A DNA stretch of 64,000 bases from Candidatus Moraniibacteriota bacterium (GCA_963743885.1 CAVURJ010000001.1:76949-140948); one strand, 5' to 3'; shown: positions 48,073 through 57,390, counted from the first letter of the stretch. Translations and numbers: made by a program. Notes: a model not told the origin generated them from the sequence alone.

Positions 48073-48294
48073 ACACTCACTACGCCCCTTCGATAAACTC
48101 GGGGTGCGTTCTATAGGGCTTCCCTGCCCGAAGTGCTACATCGTTGCAGGCGGGCGCCCTCTAGTCCTCTCCGCCCAGCTGGCGGATCGGTCACCCCGAA
48201 CGGGAAACTCCCGTTTCCTCGACTCGATTCGAGTCGAAGCGGGCCGACCCCTGCCTACCGGCAGGCAGGCCTTCCCTATTCGACCCCGTCAGTG

Positions 48295-48367
<73 letters not shown>

Positions 48368-48375
48368 GTTATTGG

Positions 48376-49050
48376 CTACATGAGTAGCATTTTAGCAATG
48401 TGTTTTAATTCAAGATCAATAGAAGAAGAAAAGTAGTCAACGCGACATACGCCTCTGTAATCGGCTTTTCTTGACTTTTTACCAATGGTTCTCTTATCAA
48501 TCCTTGCTTTGTAAAACTGACTGCGAGAGACGGCTGTAATTTTAGACCAAATATTCTCTAAAGATTCTACGTCTTGATCTGCTCTGCATTGAACCGTAAT
48601 TCTGAACTTTGACTCATCAATCTCATAACATTCTCGCATAAGGCGCATAAAAAGTCCAATGATGGATGGGTCTGAGTTACCAAACATAAGGGCTCCCCTT
48701 GGTGATTTGGAGCCTTCTGCTAGATAGAGAACTGCCAATGTAATTTTTCGGGAATCTTTGCTGGTTTTAAAAAAATTAATAAGCGAATTATTTTGTGAAT
48801 TAAGTTTTTCTACTAGAACTAAACGGTCCTCTTTTTTCTTTTCTAGAGCCATAATTCTAGATTTTTCAAGATGAAGTTTATTCATATTCTTCATCTTCAA
48901 ATAGTATTCTTCTGGCAGTTTAACCTTACTGCACCAGCTAGAAAGCGTGCTTTTTGAAATAATAACACCTAAAATATCACTAATCTCACTATATGTTCTC
49001 CCTTGCGAACGGAGATGCTGAGCTCTAATTTTGATGGAATATAATTTCAT
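48376..49050 (-). CDS. HTH-domain protein with a degenerate single LAGLIDADG-like motif (possible inactivated homing endonuclease or DNA-binding protein), in an AT-rich island
   Basis: 224 aa. N-terminal helix-turn-helix is RTYSEISDILGVIISKSTLSSW. Central KITLAVLYLAEGSKSPRGALMFGNSDPSIIGLF follows the LAG-x-x-D-G-D-G-S-x pattern with Glu in place of Asp. About 33% GC, directly upstream of the parS array. Confidence 0.3.
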   Translation of the reverse strand: MKLYSIKIRAQHLRSQGRTYSEISDILGVIISKSTLSSWCSKVKLPEEYYLKMKNMNKLHLEKSRIMALEKKKEDRLVLVEKLNSQNNSLINFFKTSKDSRKITLAVLYLAEGSKSPRGALMFGNSDPSIIGLFMRLMRECYEIDESKFRITVQCRADQDVESLENIWSKITAVSRSQFYKARIDKRTIGKKSRKADYRGVCRVDYFSSSIDLELKHIAKMLLM

Positions 49051-49139
49051 AGATTTATTGTACCATAGAACTACTCCATGTGTAAATAAGTTAGGTTCAT
49101 TTTTTAAGATGAGACTTTCTTGCTCAACTATTTACTAAT

Positions 49140-50350
49140 TGTTCCACGTGGAACAATTCCGATACTAGTCACCCTATCAGAACAATCCAGAATATCTTTT
49201 AAACGATACTTTCCTACTTGAAAGTAAAAATCATGCCATTAGGCTAATCTGTAAGCCAAAAATACGCACGGTCCAGCCCGCGTCATCACAATGTTCCACG
49301 TGGAACATATTACACTCCATAATAATTAATCATCTGTTCCACGTGGAACATTCAAAAAAACCAGTAGCGGATAACAATGAGACAACGAGATTGTTCCACG
49401 TGGAACAATTTAAAAAAATACCTCCGTATCTACGTGACAGCAAAAAATTAGCGTATCGATGTTCCACGTGAAACATACTCATATATACAGACTTGTTCCA
49501 CGTGGAACAAAATACCCACTATGAACAATCATGGGTCTTGAGGATCCTTAAAAGATAAGCGATTGCTATGGAGCCACAGAAAGCATATTCTAAAACATCC
49601 TATGTTCCACGTGGAACATACATCAAAAAAACAGCCAGCCTGAAATATCCCTTATCCTCGTTTTCAAATATACTTTCCTTTCAAAAAGTCTAAAAATACT
49701 GTTTTTTGGCTTATGATAGGTACGTAAGACACAAAAATACTAGTTGTTCCACGTGGAACATGCCAAAATTCCATACCAATGTTCCACGTGGAACATTTTT
49801 AAAAAAACGATATCCTTGAGGCGTCTCACAATGTTCCACGTGGAACATATGTGTTTTTTGAAAAACAGTCTCAAAACGATCCATCCCATACAAAGGTTCG
49901 CCAGAACAGCTGCGCCTCTACTTATCGCGATACATTGTTCCACGTGGAACAATGTATCATTACAATACATGGATAAGGGAAAGATGTTCCACGTGGAACA
50001 TATCTACCGAATACCCACTCCATGAACATTAAAAATTATCCTTTTGCCAGAACTTTCTTCTTTGAAAGTTAGAAATTTGTATATTTTGGCTTATATTAAA
50101 TATTTATGTTAATAATGTTCCACGTGGAACATGCTAACACAATCAAATCTTATCGTGCTTGAAACATATTTTAAAAAATGTTCCACGTGGAACATTTAAA
50201 CAAGTCACCAAAAGATCGGGTATTTCGCCAGGGGATTATGTTCCACGTGGAACATAGCCATCATTATTAAAAACTCAAATATACAAATATCCTATATATC
50301 ATACTAATAATTGACAGAATGGACTGCTGTAAAATGTTCCACGTGGAACA
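49140..50350. repeat. parS: Array of 16 parS-type 16-bp palindromes TGTTCCACGTGGAACA (one copy TGTTCCACGTGAAACA) with irregular 34-152 bp spacing in AT-rich noncoding DNA
   Basis: Core starts: 49140, 49292, 49335, 49392, 49460 (gtgAaaca variant), 49494, 49603, 49745, 49780, 49832, 49935 (a 26-bp perfect palindrome tacattgttccacgtggaacaatgta), 49985, 50116, 50179, 50239, 50335. Most are flanked to give the 18-bp ATGTTCCACGTGGAACAT or TTGTTCCACGTGGAACAA. The sequence is one or two symmetric changes from the canonical Firmicute/ParB parS TGTTNCACGTGAAACA. Confidence 0.85.
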
Positions 50351-50384
50351 TCTTATATCACTTTTTCTCTACATTATTGACATA

Positions 50385-50413
50385 TATACTATATTGTAGT
50401 ATAATAATGCTCT
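50385..50413 (+). promoter_or_regulatory. Perfect consensus sigma70 promoter (TTGACA - 17 bp - TATAAT)
   Basis: ttgaca at 50385..50390, 17-bp spacer, tataat at 50408..50413. Confidence 0.6.
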
Positions 50414-50419
50414 GTCTAC

Positions 50420-50815
50420 TATATACATGCTACCAAGATGATTTTCATTATTAACAAACGCTGGCCATCTGCGAGTTCTACGCGAGCTTAACAAAAGACA
50501 CTGAGCCCCAACACAAGCCTTGGATCTAATCCCTCTCCGCCTCTGGCAGAGAGTATTGACCAGATTTTACCTACGCTCCTCCGCCAGCTGGCGGACGGAA
50601 ACGAGAGTAAAATCTTGTTTCGCTCGCTTTGCTCGATAATTAAAAGACGGTGCTGGGCAGGTGCTTATCGAAAGGGGCTCGTGTCTTTCTACTACATCCG
50701 ATCAGCAGCGAGCTCCCTACGTCTCGACTTCGCAGCCCTCGTTATTGTGGCACGCCTAGCCAATGTATTCGATATCATCCTCTTGGGCCTAATACACAAG
50801 GCTCGGTTTTTTTAA
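50420..50815 (+). ncRNA. Candidate roughly 400-nt structured noncoding transcript (identity unknown) between the consensus promoter and a T7 run
   Basis: Higher GC than the AT-rich surroundings and multiple internal helices (cagattttac...gtaaaatcttg; ccgccagctggcgg). It ends ggctcggttttttt at 50808..50815. Only weak ORFs (66 and 72 aa) lie within it. The downstream gene has its own TTGATA-17-TATACT promoter at 50877..50905. Confidence 0.35.
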
Positions 50816-50933
50816 AACAACTTCATACCCCGTCCCGCCTACTAATCATCACTCGCAGTCTGACATAATCGTAAAATTGATACACACAGAAAAATATGTT
50901 ATACTTTCATTGTAAAAACAAGTAGCGACTCTT

Positions 50934-51926
50934 ATGAGCCGTAATGTTTCTTCTAGTACTGTCGGATCCGATGCGCGAGTGTCCCTTTTTGTATTTTCCA
51001 GCCTGCTTGTTTTTAGTGCAGTTTTTTTTATTTTTTCCGGAAGCGCTTCCGGGACATCAAATATTTTCCAAGATACCGACCAGGACGGCTTGAGCAACGA
51101 TGAAGAGAAGCTCTATGGGACCGACCCGAACAATCGGGACAGCGATAATGATGGGTATGGGGATGGAGTAGAAGTAGAAAGCGGATACGACCCTCTCAAG
51201 AAAGCCCCTGGAGATAAAATTACCCAAGAAGAATCGACCACTGCTACCATCTCACCAGCTGCTACCAATGATACTGCTACGTTGACTGACCGGGTGTCGA
51301 GCGAAATTGCTGCGGCGTTAAAGTCATCGGAAAGCGCCGAAGAACCGCTCACTATGGAACAGCTTAGCTCGTCTGTTCAGGAAATTCTCAGTGAAAACAC
51401 TCAGGAAATTACGTTGCCGGATATCGATGCCAGTACCATAAAAATCAAGAAGGTTTCAAAAAAACTTTCCGAAAAAAAACGCGAGGAGCAAGAGCGTGAA
51501 GATATCCTCGAGTATCTCACCGTGATGTCATATCTCGTTGCGAATAATTCACCAAAAGCATTCCACGAGGAAAGCGAGCTTGAGGATCTCGCTTCATCAA
51601 TATCAAGCGAATCGCTGACCGCACTGACCACTGGCAACCTATCCTACATCAATCAGCTCGCTGAAAAAGGAGAGAAGATTCTCAACGAAACGCGTGACAT
51701 CGAAGTGCCTGAAACAATGCTTGATACGCACGTCAAAGCTCTTAGGATTGCAACTTATGCCGTCAACCTCAAAGACTCGTCAGCATCGGTGCAAAACGAT
51801 CCTCTCGGGCAAATAGCGCTACTCTCAAAAACACAAGGACTGATCGGTGCCGCTTCATCACTTGGAGAAGAAATCCAGGGAAGGCTCTCAGGATACGGAA
51901 TCAAGAATATCCCAATCAGCCTCTGA
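50934..51926 (+). CDS. Membrane-anchored/secreted acidic protein with thrombospondin type-3-like Ca-binding repeats
   Basis: 330 aa; N-terminal TM (LFVFSSLLVFSAVFFIF), then DTDQDGLSNDEEKLYGTDPNNRDSDNDGYGDGVE (D-x-D-x-D-G repeats), then an acidic helical region. Confidence 0.45.
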   Translation: MSRNVSSSTVGSDARVSLFVFSSLLVFSAVFFIFSGSASGTSNIFQDTDQDGLSNDEEKLYGTDPNNRDSDNDGYGDGVEVESGYDPLKKAPGDKITQEESTTATISPAATNDTATLTDRVSSEIAAALKSSESAEEPLTMEQLSSSVQEILSENTQEITLPDIDASTIKIKKVSKKLSEKKREEQEREDILEYLTVMSYLVANNSPKAFHEESELEDLASSISSESLTALTTGNLSYINQLAEKGEKILNETRDIEVPETMLDTHVKALRIATYAVNLKDSSASVQNDPLGQIALLSKTQGLIGAASSLGEEIQGRLSGYGIKNIPISL

Positions 51927-51931
51927 ATACT

Positions 51932-53212
51932 ATGCGGCTATCGCAAAAAAACAATCTTTTCATGCGAATACCCCGAGCGGTTCTGTTTTCTAGCTGCCTT
52001 GTCATCATAATCGGCTTCGCTCCAAATGCTTCTGCTGGCGTTTGGGGAGAAACATTCTCAGCTACCATATGGAAGCAGGTGATGGAAGTCGCCTACACGC
52101 AAATACAGGGCATGATGCTAGGAGCCCTCAAATCAGCAGCCATGCAAGCTCTTAATCAGCAAGTAAACCAATTGATTGGCGGTTCATCTTCCAGCAAAGC
52201 TTTATTTATCACGAACTACGAGACCTTCCTCTACCAGGACCCGCTCCAAAAAACCAACCTCTACATGAACGATTTCTTTACGCTCACAACACGCGGGAAG
52301 GGAGCTTCATCAAACTACATCAGCTCAGGAACTGGGGCGTTTAGCAATTATGCCGGACATATTGTCGATATCGGGAAAAAATCAACTATCAATCAGACTG
52401 TGCCAACATATGATCTCGACAATTACTGCGATATTCCGGGAGAAATCACGTCCTTCCAATGCTTCTCGGGTATGTTTAAAAATCCGATGAATAATGATTT
52501 CGGATCTTCGCTGATATTTCAATCTGCATACCAAAGCCAATCCATAAAAAACCAGCGTATAGCCGAAGTCGAAGCGCAATCATCAGGGTTCCTCGGCTCA
52601 AAAAAGGGGAATCAAGTCGTCGCGCCAGCAGGGACTATCGAGGCTATGGCTGGAAAGGTACAGAATATAGGGAGCGACCTCATCGCATCCGCTACGAACC
52701 CCGGGGAACTCGTCTCGAGCGCCGTCGCCGCCATGGCATCGCAAATGATCAATCGACTCGTACAGCAAGGCATCGGACAAGCGCAAGCCAACATGCAACG
52801 GGAGATTTCTAACGTTTCAAGCGAAATAAACACATCCAGAAGTGACGCTATGCGCAATAGCGGTCCGGGAGCGGTCTTTTCTCCGGTCATGGCCCAACGG
52901 ACATCGGTGCGTATCAATCCGAACACTCCTGCACCGCCAGTTGCTTCATCGACCATATCGCCTTGTTCCGGATTCGGCGGCTCTTCCGGAAGTTGTGCTC
53001 CGGCAGCAACGTGTACAAACGGATACAGCGAGTCTGGTTGTGGCAGCGGTCTCGTCTGCTGCTACAATCCGCCAGCGGGAACTGGCCTCGCTGTCGGCTT
53101 GCCATGTTCCTCATACGGGAAAGCTTCAACGTGCCAAAAATCATCTTCATGCAGCCATGGATATACGATTGGTGGTTGTGAAGATGGACTTGTCTGCTGC
53201 TACAACCCGTGA
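51932..53212 (+). CDS. Secreted protein with a duplicated C-terminal Cys-rich module
   Basis: 426 aa with a signal peptide. The C-terminus has two copies of C-x5-C-x2-GY-x3-GC-x2-GLVCCYNP (CAPAATCTNGYSESGCGSGLVCCYNP / CQKSSSCSHGYTIGGCEDGLVCCYNP). This resembles the N-terminal Cys module of the 33052..34269 protein. Confidence 0.45.
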   Translation: MRLSQKNNLFMRIPRAVLFSSCLVIIIGFAPNASAGVWGETFSATIWKQVMEVAYTQIQGMMLGALKSAAMQALNQQVNQLIGGSSSSKALFITNYETFLYQDPLQKTNLYMNDFFTLTTRGKGASSNYISSGTGAFSNYAGHIVDIGKKSTINQTVPTYDLDNYCDIPGEITSFQCFSGMFKNPMNNDFGSSLIFQSAYQSQSIKNQRIAEVEAQSSGFLGSKKGNQVVAPAGTIEAMAGKVQNIGSDLIASATNPGELVSSAVAAMASQMINRLVQQGIGQAQANMQREISNVSSEINTSRSDAMRNSGPGAVFSPVMAQRTSVRINPNTPAPPVASSTISPCSGFGGSSGSCAPAATCTNGYSESGCGSGLVCCYNPPAGTGLAVGLPCSSYGKASTCQKSSSCSHGYTIGGCEDGLVCCYNP

Positions 53213-53346
53213 TTCTTTCTCAAAGGACACCCATAACGGGTATTGGACCCGATTTTACCTGCGCTCTCTTCGAGTCTGAGCCTCAGAGTCGATGACCGCT
53301 CGGAAACGAGAGCAAGCTCTCGTTTCACTCCCTACACTTGGTAATC

Positions 53347-53385
53347 AAAAGCGCCCCGAGCTTGTCGAAGGGCGCTTTTGTATAT
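53347..53385 (+). terminator. Intrinsic terminator
   Basis: aaaagcgccccgagcttgtcgaagggcgctttt plus a T-run. Confidence 0.6.
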
Positions 53386-53496
53386 ATGGTGGGTGATACT
53401 GGATTCCCTGGCTGCTCGCCTCGATGAGGCATCGGGCGAAGCGGTCCGACAGGCAGGGAACCAGTGACTTCATCCCTCACTTGAATACCTTACGGG

Positions 53497-53570
53497 TGGG
53501 TCTGCCCAGATTCGAACTGGGGACCTCTACAATGTCAATGTAGCGCTCTAACCAACTGAGCTACAGACCC
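53497..53570 (-). tRNA. tRNA-Val (anticodon GAC)
   Basis: Reverse complement GGGTCTG TA GCTCAGTTGGTTAGAGC G CTACA TTGACAT TGTAG AGGTC CCCAGTTCGAATCTGGG CAGACCC A. It is flanked by a 22-bp inverted repeat (53471..53492 / 53579..53600). Confidence 0.85.
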
Positions 53571-53673
53571 GAAAAATAAAGGTATTCAAGTGAGGGATCA
53601 ATGTGACGCTCTACTAACCCCAGCCCAAGGCTGGTCCGCCTCGGGCGGAAACTGAGCTCATCACTCCGAAAAC

Positions 53674-54540
53674 TTACGCCGCCGGCATGCTCGGATCGAG
53701 CACGTGTTCACCGGAAGCGAGCTTTTCACTATCCCTTTCTGAAGCAAGATCCTCAAAAAATCTCAAGGAAAGCGCTTGGTCGAAGACCATGAACCAGACA
53801 AACCCGATAAACCCGATACCGAGGACTATCTGCTCAGAAAAAGGCACCAAACCGACTTTCATGAAAAGGGAACTAGTACCCAGCATAGCGGCATTCAGGA
53901 AAAAAGTAAAGACTGCCGCTACCGCTATGGAGAATATCCAGAAGCCGAGGCTTCTTAGAAAAAACTTCGAGAAAAGCGCCGCGCCGCGATCCACTGAGGA
54001 GCGGAGTCTAAGCGGCGAAAGCAGGTGATAGAACAATCCATACTGCCGAATGAACGAGATGACAAGCGCGACAGGAAGAAACGCGACGATGCTCAAGAGA
54101 GCTGCTCCTTCGAAGGCTCCACGATTACTCAAAAGCGCGAGGAGCGGTGGGGCCGCGAAGATGAACGCGAGCACACAGAGCGCCGCTCCGGCCGTCACAT
54201 CCACAGCGAGCGTCTTGATAAAACGGCTGATCATCTCGCCCATCCTGAAGCCCATCCTGCGAGTAGAAAGCGCTGCGATCAGGTTGGCCTGACCGAACGC
54301 ATGCGCAAGGAGCAGAAGGAGAAACCCACCCGTAGCGATAGCTGTGTGCTCGACCCAAAAATCCCTCAAGGCCAGAGCGGCGCCCCCAGAAGCCGGCTGT
54401 TGCCAAAGAGCCTGCGCGACAAGCTGCTCCGCCATCATGCCGGAAGCGACCAGCATGCCGAAAAAGAGCGTCGGCGCTTTAGGCGTTGATGCCTTCCACG
54501 CCTGCGATACGAGTTCGGAAAACGGAGCCTTCTCCATCAT
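53674..54540 (-). CDS. Hypothetical polytopic membrane protein
   Basis: 288 aa, about 7 TM segments, no recognisable motif. Confidence 0.4.
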   Translation of the reverse strand: MMEKAPFSELVSQAWKASTPKAPTLFFGMLVASGMMAEQLVAQALWQQPASGGAALALRDFWVEHTAIATGGFLLLLLAHAFGQANLIAALSTRRMGFRMGEMISRFIKTLAVDVTAGAALCVLAFIFAAPPLLALLSNRGAFEGAALLSIVAFLPVALVISFIRQYGLFYHLLSPLRLRSSVDRGAALFSKFFLRSLGFWIFSIAVAAVFTFFLNAAMLGTSSLFMKVGLVPFSEQIVLGIGFIGFVWFMVFDQALSLRFFEDLASERDSEKLASGEHVLDPSMPAA

Positions 54541-54555
54541 AGTCCCGATATATGA

Positions 54556-56400
54556 TCAGACAGCAGCAGGGGTCTTGCCGACAATCCGATCGAATTCATC
54601 CTTCTCAAGCGTCTCCTTCTCAAGGAGCGTCTGAGCAATTGTATCGAGCAAAGCACGCTTCTCAACAAGGATATCCATCGCGCGCTTGAGAGCACCGTCG
54701 ACAAGATGCGATACCTCGGCATCGATATCCTGTGCGGTCTTCTCGGAATAATCCCGTTCCTCGTGCATCTCACGACCGAGAAAGACGAGCTCTTCCTTCT
54801 TGCCGAAGGTACGGGCGCCGAGACGGCTCATGCCATACCGAGTCACCATGCCGCGCGCCATCTGCGTCGCGCGTTCGAGATCATTCGACGGGCCGGTTGT
54901 CGTGTCGTTGAAGATAAGCTTCTCGCTCGCATACCCACCGAGAAGTACCGCCAACTCATCGAGGAAATATTCTCTCGAATGAAGCATCTTGTCCTCTTCT
55001 GGGACCGCCAGCGTATACCCGCCTGCATGGCCGCGGGAGATGATGGAAACTTTCTGGATCGGGTCAGCATTCACGAGGCTCGTGCCGACGAGCGCGTGGC
55101 CGCCCTCATGATACGCGATGATCTCCTTTTCTTTCTTGTTGATAGCGCGGCTGCGGCGTTCCGGACCGAGGATAACCTTCTCGATAGACTCAGTCAGCTC
55201 ATCCATACCAATCGTCTTGTGTTCACGACGGGTCGCGAGAATCGCACCTTCGTTCACGAGGTTGGCAAGGTCGGCACCAGAGAATCCTGGCGTGCGTTCA
55301 GCCAGGCGGCGGAGTTTCACATCTTCTGCAAGCGGCTTTCCCTTCACATGGATCGCGAGAATCTGCTCTCGTTCATTGATATCGGGCAAGTCCATCGTGA
55401 CGCGCCGATCGAAGCGTCCTGGGCGGAGCAGCGCTGGGTCAAGAACATCAGGGCGGTTGGTCGCTGCGATGACGATGACGCTCGTGTCCGTCTCAAAACC
55501 ATCCATCTCGACTAGGATCTGGTTGAGCGTCTGCTCACGTTCATCGTGCCCGCCACCGAGACCGGCACCGCGATGGCGGCCGACAGCATCGATCTCATCG
55601 ATGAAGACGATGGCCGGAGCACTCTTCTTCGCCTGCTTGAAAAGATCGCGCACGCGGCTCGCGCCAACACCGACGAACATCTCCACGAACTCGCTGCCGC
55701 TGATATTGAAGAAGGGGACACCGGCTTCGCCAGCGACCGCCTTGGCCATGAGCGTCTTGCCGGTGCCGGGAGGGCCGAGGAGCAACACCCCCTTCGGGAT
55801 CTTCGCTCCCATATTGAGGAACTTCTTCGGATGCTTGAGGAACTCAACAATCTCCTCGAGCTCGGTCTTCGCTTCTTGCGCGCCGGCCACATCCTTGAAC
55901 ATAATCCGCTTCTTCTTGTCTTTCGGGTCAAGCATGCGAGCCCGGCTCATACCGAATGACATCGCCTGCGCGTTGCCACGCTGCGCCTGGCGCATCATGA
56001 ACCAGATGAACGCCGCAATCAGGATGAAGGGGAGGAGAAACGGTAAAATGGCTGCCGCCCAAAACGACGCGCCGGATTCTTCCTTGATATCGATGCTCAC
56101 GCCCTTGAGCTTTTCCTTATCAACGCCATAATTGCCGAGCGTCTCGGTAAGCGAGCTCTCAGACTCCTTGTTTGCCTTCTGCTGTTTACCTTCCTCCACG
56201 AGCGCCACTTCGAGCGCATTACCGGAAACAGCTATCGATTTCACTTTACCCTGGTTGATCTCTTCTACGAGCTCAGAAAGCGAGACTTCGGCCGGCTTCT
56301 CCTCCGGAGACTGGTAGAGCACGAATATGCCCGAGATGAGGAGGAATATCAGAATGAACGTCGAGAGATTCTTGAGCATCTTTTCCATATGTTTCTGCAA
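54556..56400 (-). CDS. ftsH: ATP-dependent zinc metalloprotease FtsH
   Basis: 614 aa; two N-terminal TM segments, AAA+ Walker A GPPGTGKT, second region of homology, zinc motif HEGGHAL. Confidence 0.95.
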   Translation of the reverse strand: MQKHMEKMLKNLSTFILIFLLISGIFVLYQSPEEKPAEVSLSELVEEINQGKVKSIAVSGNALEVALVEEGKQQKANKESESSLTETLGNYGVDKEKLKGVSIDIKEESGASFWAAAILPFLLPFILIAAFIWFMMRQAQRGNAQAMSFGMSRARMLDPKDKKKRIMFKDVAGAQEAKTELEEIVEFLKHPKKFLNMGAKIPKGVLLLGPPGTGKTLMAKAVAGEAGVPFFNISGSEFVEMFVGVGASRVRDLFKQAKKSAPAIVFIDEIDAVGRHRGAGLGGGHDEREQTLNQILVEMDGFETDTSVIVIAATNRPDVLDPALLRPGRFDRRVTMDLPDINEREQILAIHVKGKPLAEDVKLRRLAERTPGFSGADLANLVNEGAILATRREHKTIGMDELTESIEKVILGPERRSRAINKKEKEIIAYHEGGHALVGTSLVNADPIQKVSIISRGHAGGYTLAVPEEDKMLHSREYFLDELAVLLGGYASEKLIFNDTTTGPSNDLERATQMARGMVTRYGMSRLGARTFGKKEELVFLGREMHEERDYSEKTAQDIDAEVSHLVDGALKRAMDILVEKRALLDTIAQTLLEKETLEKDEFDRIVGKTPAAV

Positions 56401-56409
56401 AAATATCGA

Positions 56410-57390
56410 TTAGTGGGCTGAATTGAGCAGTGTTACTGTATCACCTTTCCGCTCCAGTTTCAACCCTCGCACTGTGACGGATTGCGTTTTCTTCTTTTCG
56501 CTCCGCAGAGCCTTCAGCCATTCATCCATAACGCCTTTTTCCGGCATCTTCCCATCAGAAAACACCGCAAAAAGAGCCCGGAGCTCACGCAAGAGCAACG
56601 CCGGTGGCAAAGCAAGCGCTTCCGACCTTGAAAACGCCACTTTTCCAGCCTTCCAGGCAAGCGTAAGCGCCCCCTGTGAAGTCTTATTGGCCAGCTCATA
56701 ATCAGAAGCAATGACCGCGGCAGAACGCGCCAGAACCTTACGGATATTCGGCTGGAAATCACGCTCGAGAAGTGGGATAAGCTCATGGCGGATCCTATTG
56801 CGCATGAACCGACGGTCTCCATTGCTTTCATCCTCGCGATAGGGGAGACCGCGTTCTTCGAGGTACTGGAGGATATCCTGCCGGCTCATGGATAAAAGCG
56901 GGCGGATGATAGCTCCACTTTGTGAGCGCATCGCGGCAAGCCCCTGGAGCCCGGCTCCGCGGAGCAGCCGGAGAAGCACTGTTTCTGCTTGATCGTCCTC
57001 ATGATGGGCGACCGCCACTCGTCCGTACCCGAGTTTCTTGCGCAACCGCTCAAAAAACGCATATCGTTCATCACGAAGCGTCTCTTCAAGGTTCCCTTTC
57101 ACAGTCTTTTTCGGGCGGAAGACCGTACAGGGGATATCATAAGCCGCCGCTCGCTCGCGGACCAGCACTTCATCCAAGTCTGACGCCGCACCACGCAGCC
57201 GATAATTCACATGTGCGATATGAAGTTGGAACGCCTGCTTTTCAGCCAGCGCAGCCAGTACATCGAGGAGACAGAGACTGTCTGGGCCACCGGAAACGCC
57301 GATAATGAGGCCTTCTCCTGGTTTCCACAAGGCCTGCGTATGGGCCGCATTCTGGACACGTCGTAAAAAAGCCCGCGCAAACGGCGAAAA
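56410..57390 (-). CDS. tilS: tRNA(Ile)-lysidine synthetase (start uncertain)
   Basis: PP-loop LIIGVSGGPDSLCLLDVL; classic tilS-ftsH adjacency. The ORF-track start at 57588 would overlap gmk by 190 nt, and no clean ATG lies near the expected start, so an alternative start codon is likely. Confidence 0.7.
   Translation of the reverse strand, partial: FSPFARAFLRRVQNAAHTQALWKPGEGLIIGVSGGPDSLCLLDVLAALAEKQAFQLHIAHVNYRLRGAASDLDEVLVRERAAAYDIPCTVFRPKKTVKGNLEETLRDERYAFFERLRKKLGYGRVAVAHHEDDQAETVLLRLLRGAGLQGLAAMRSQSGAIIRPLLSMSRQDILQYLEERGLPYREDESNGDRRFMRNRIRHELIPLLERDFQPNIRKVLARSAAVIASDYELANKTSQGALTLAWKAGKVAFSRSEALALPPALLLRELRALFAVFSDGKMPEKGVMDEWLKALRSEKKKTQSVTVRGLKLERKGDTVTLLNSAH

Noticed and set aside
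49140-50350. Possible CRISPR array (many short identical repeats separated by unique spacers)
   Set aside because: Repeats are 16-18 bp perfect palindromes rather than 28-37 bp. Spacing is highly irregular (34-152 bp). There are no cas genes or leader nearby. The sequence is the ParB parS consensus, so it is interpreted as a centromere-like array.
50615-50868. 66- and 72-aa ORFs inside the promoter-driven 50.4-50.8 kb segment
   Set aside because: Mutually overlapping in different frames. They lack RBS-like context and are Arg/Ser/Leu-rich. Consistent with chance ORFs in a structured RNA, though translation has not been excluded.
54706-56131. Plus-strand ORFs 54706..55515 and 55118..56131
   Set aside because: Antisense to ftsH.
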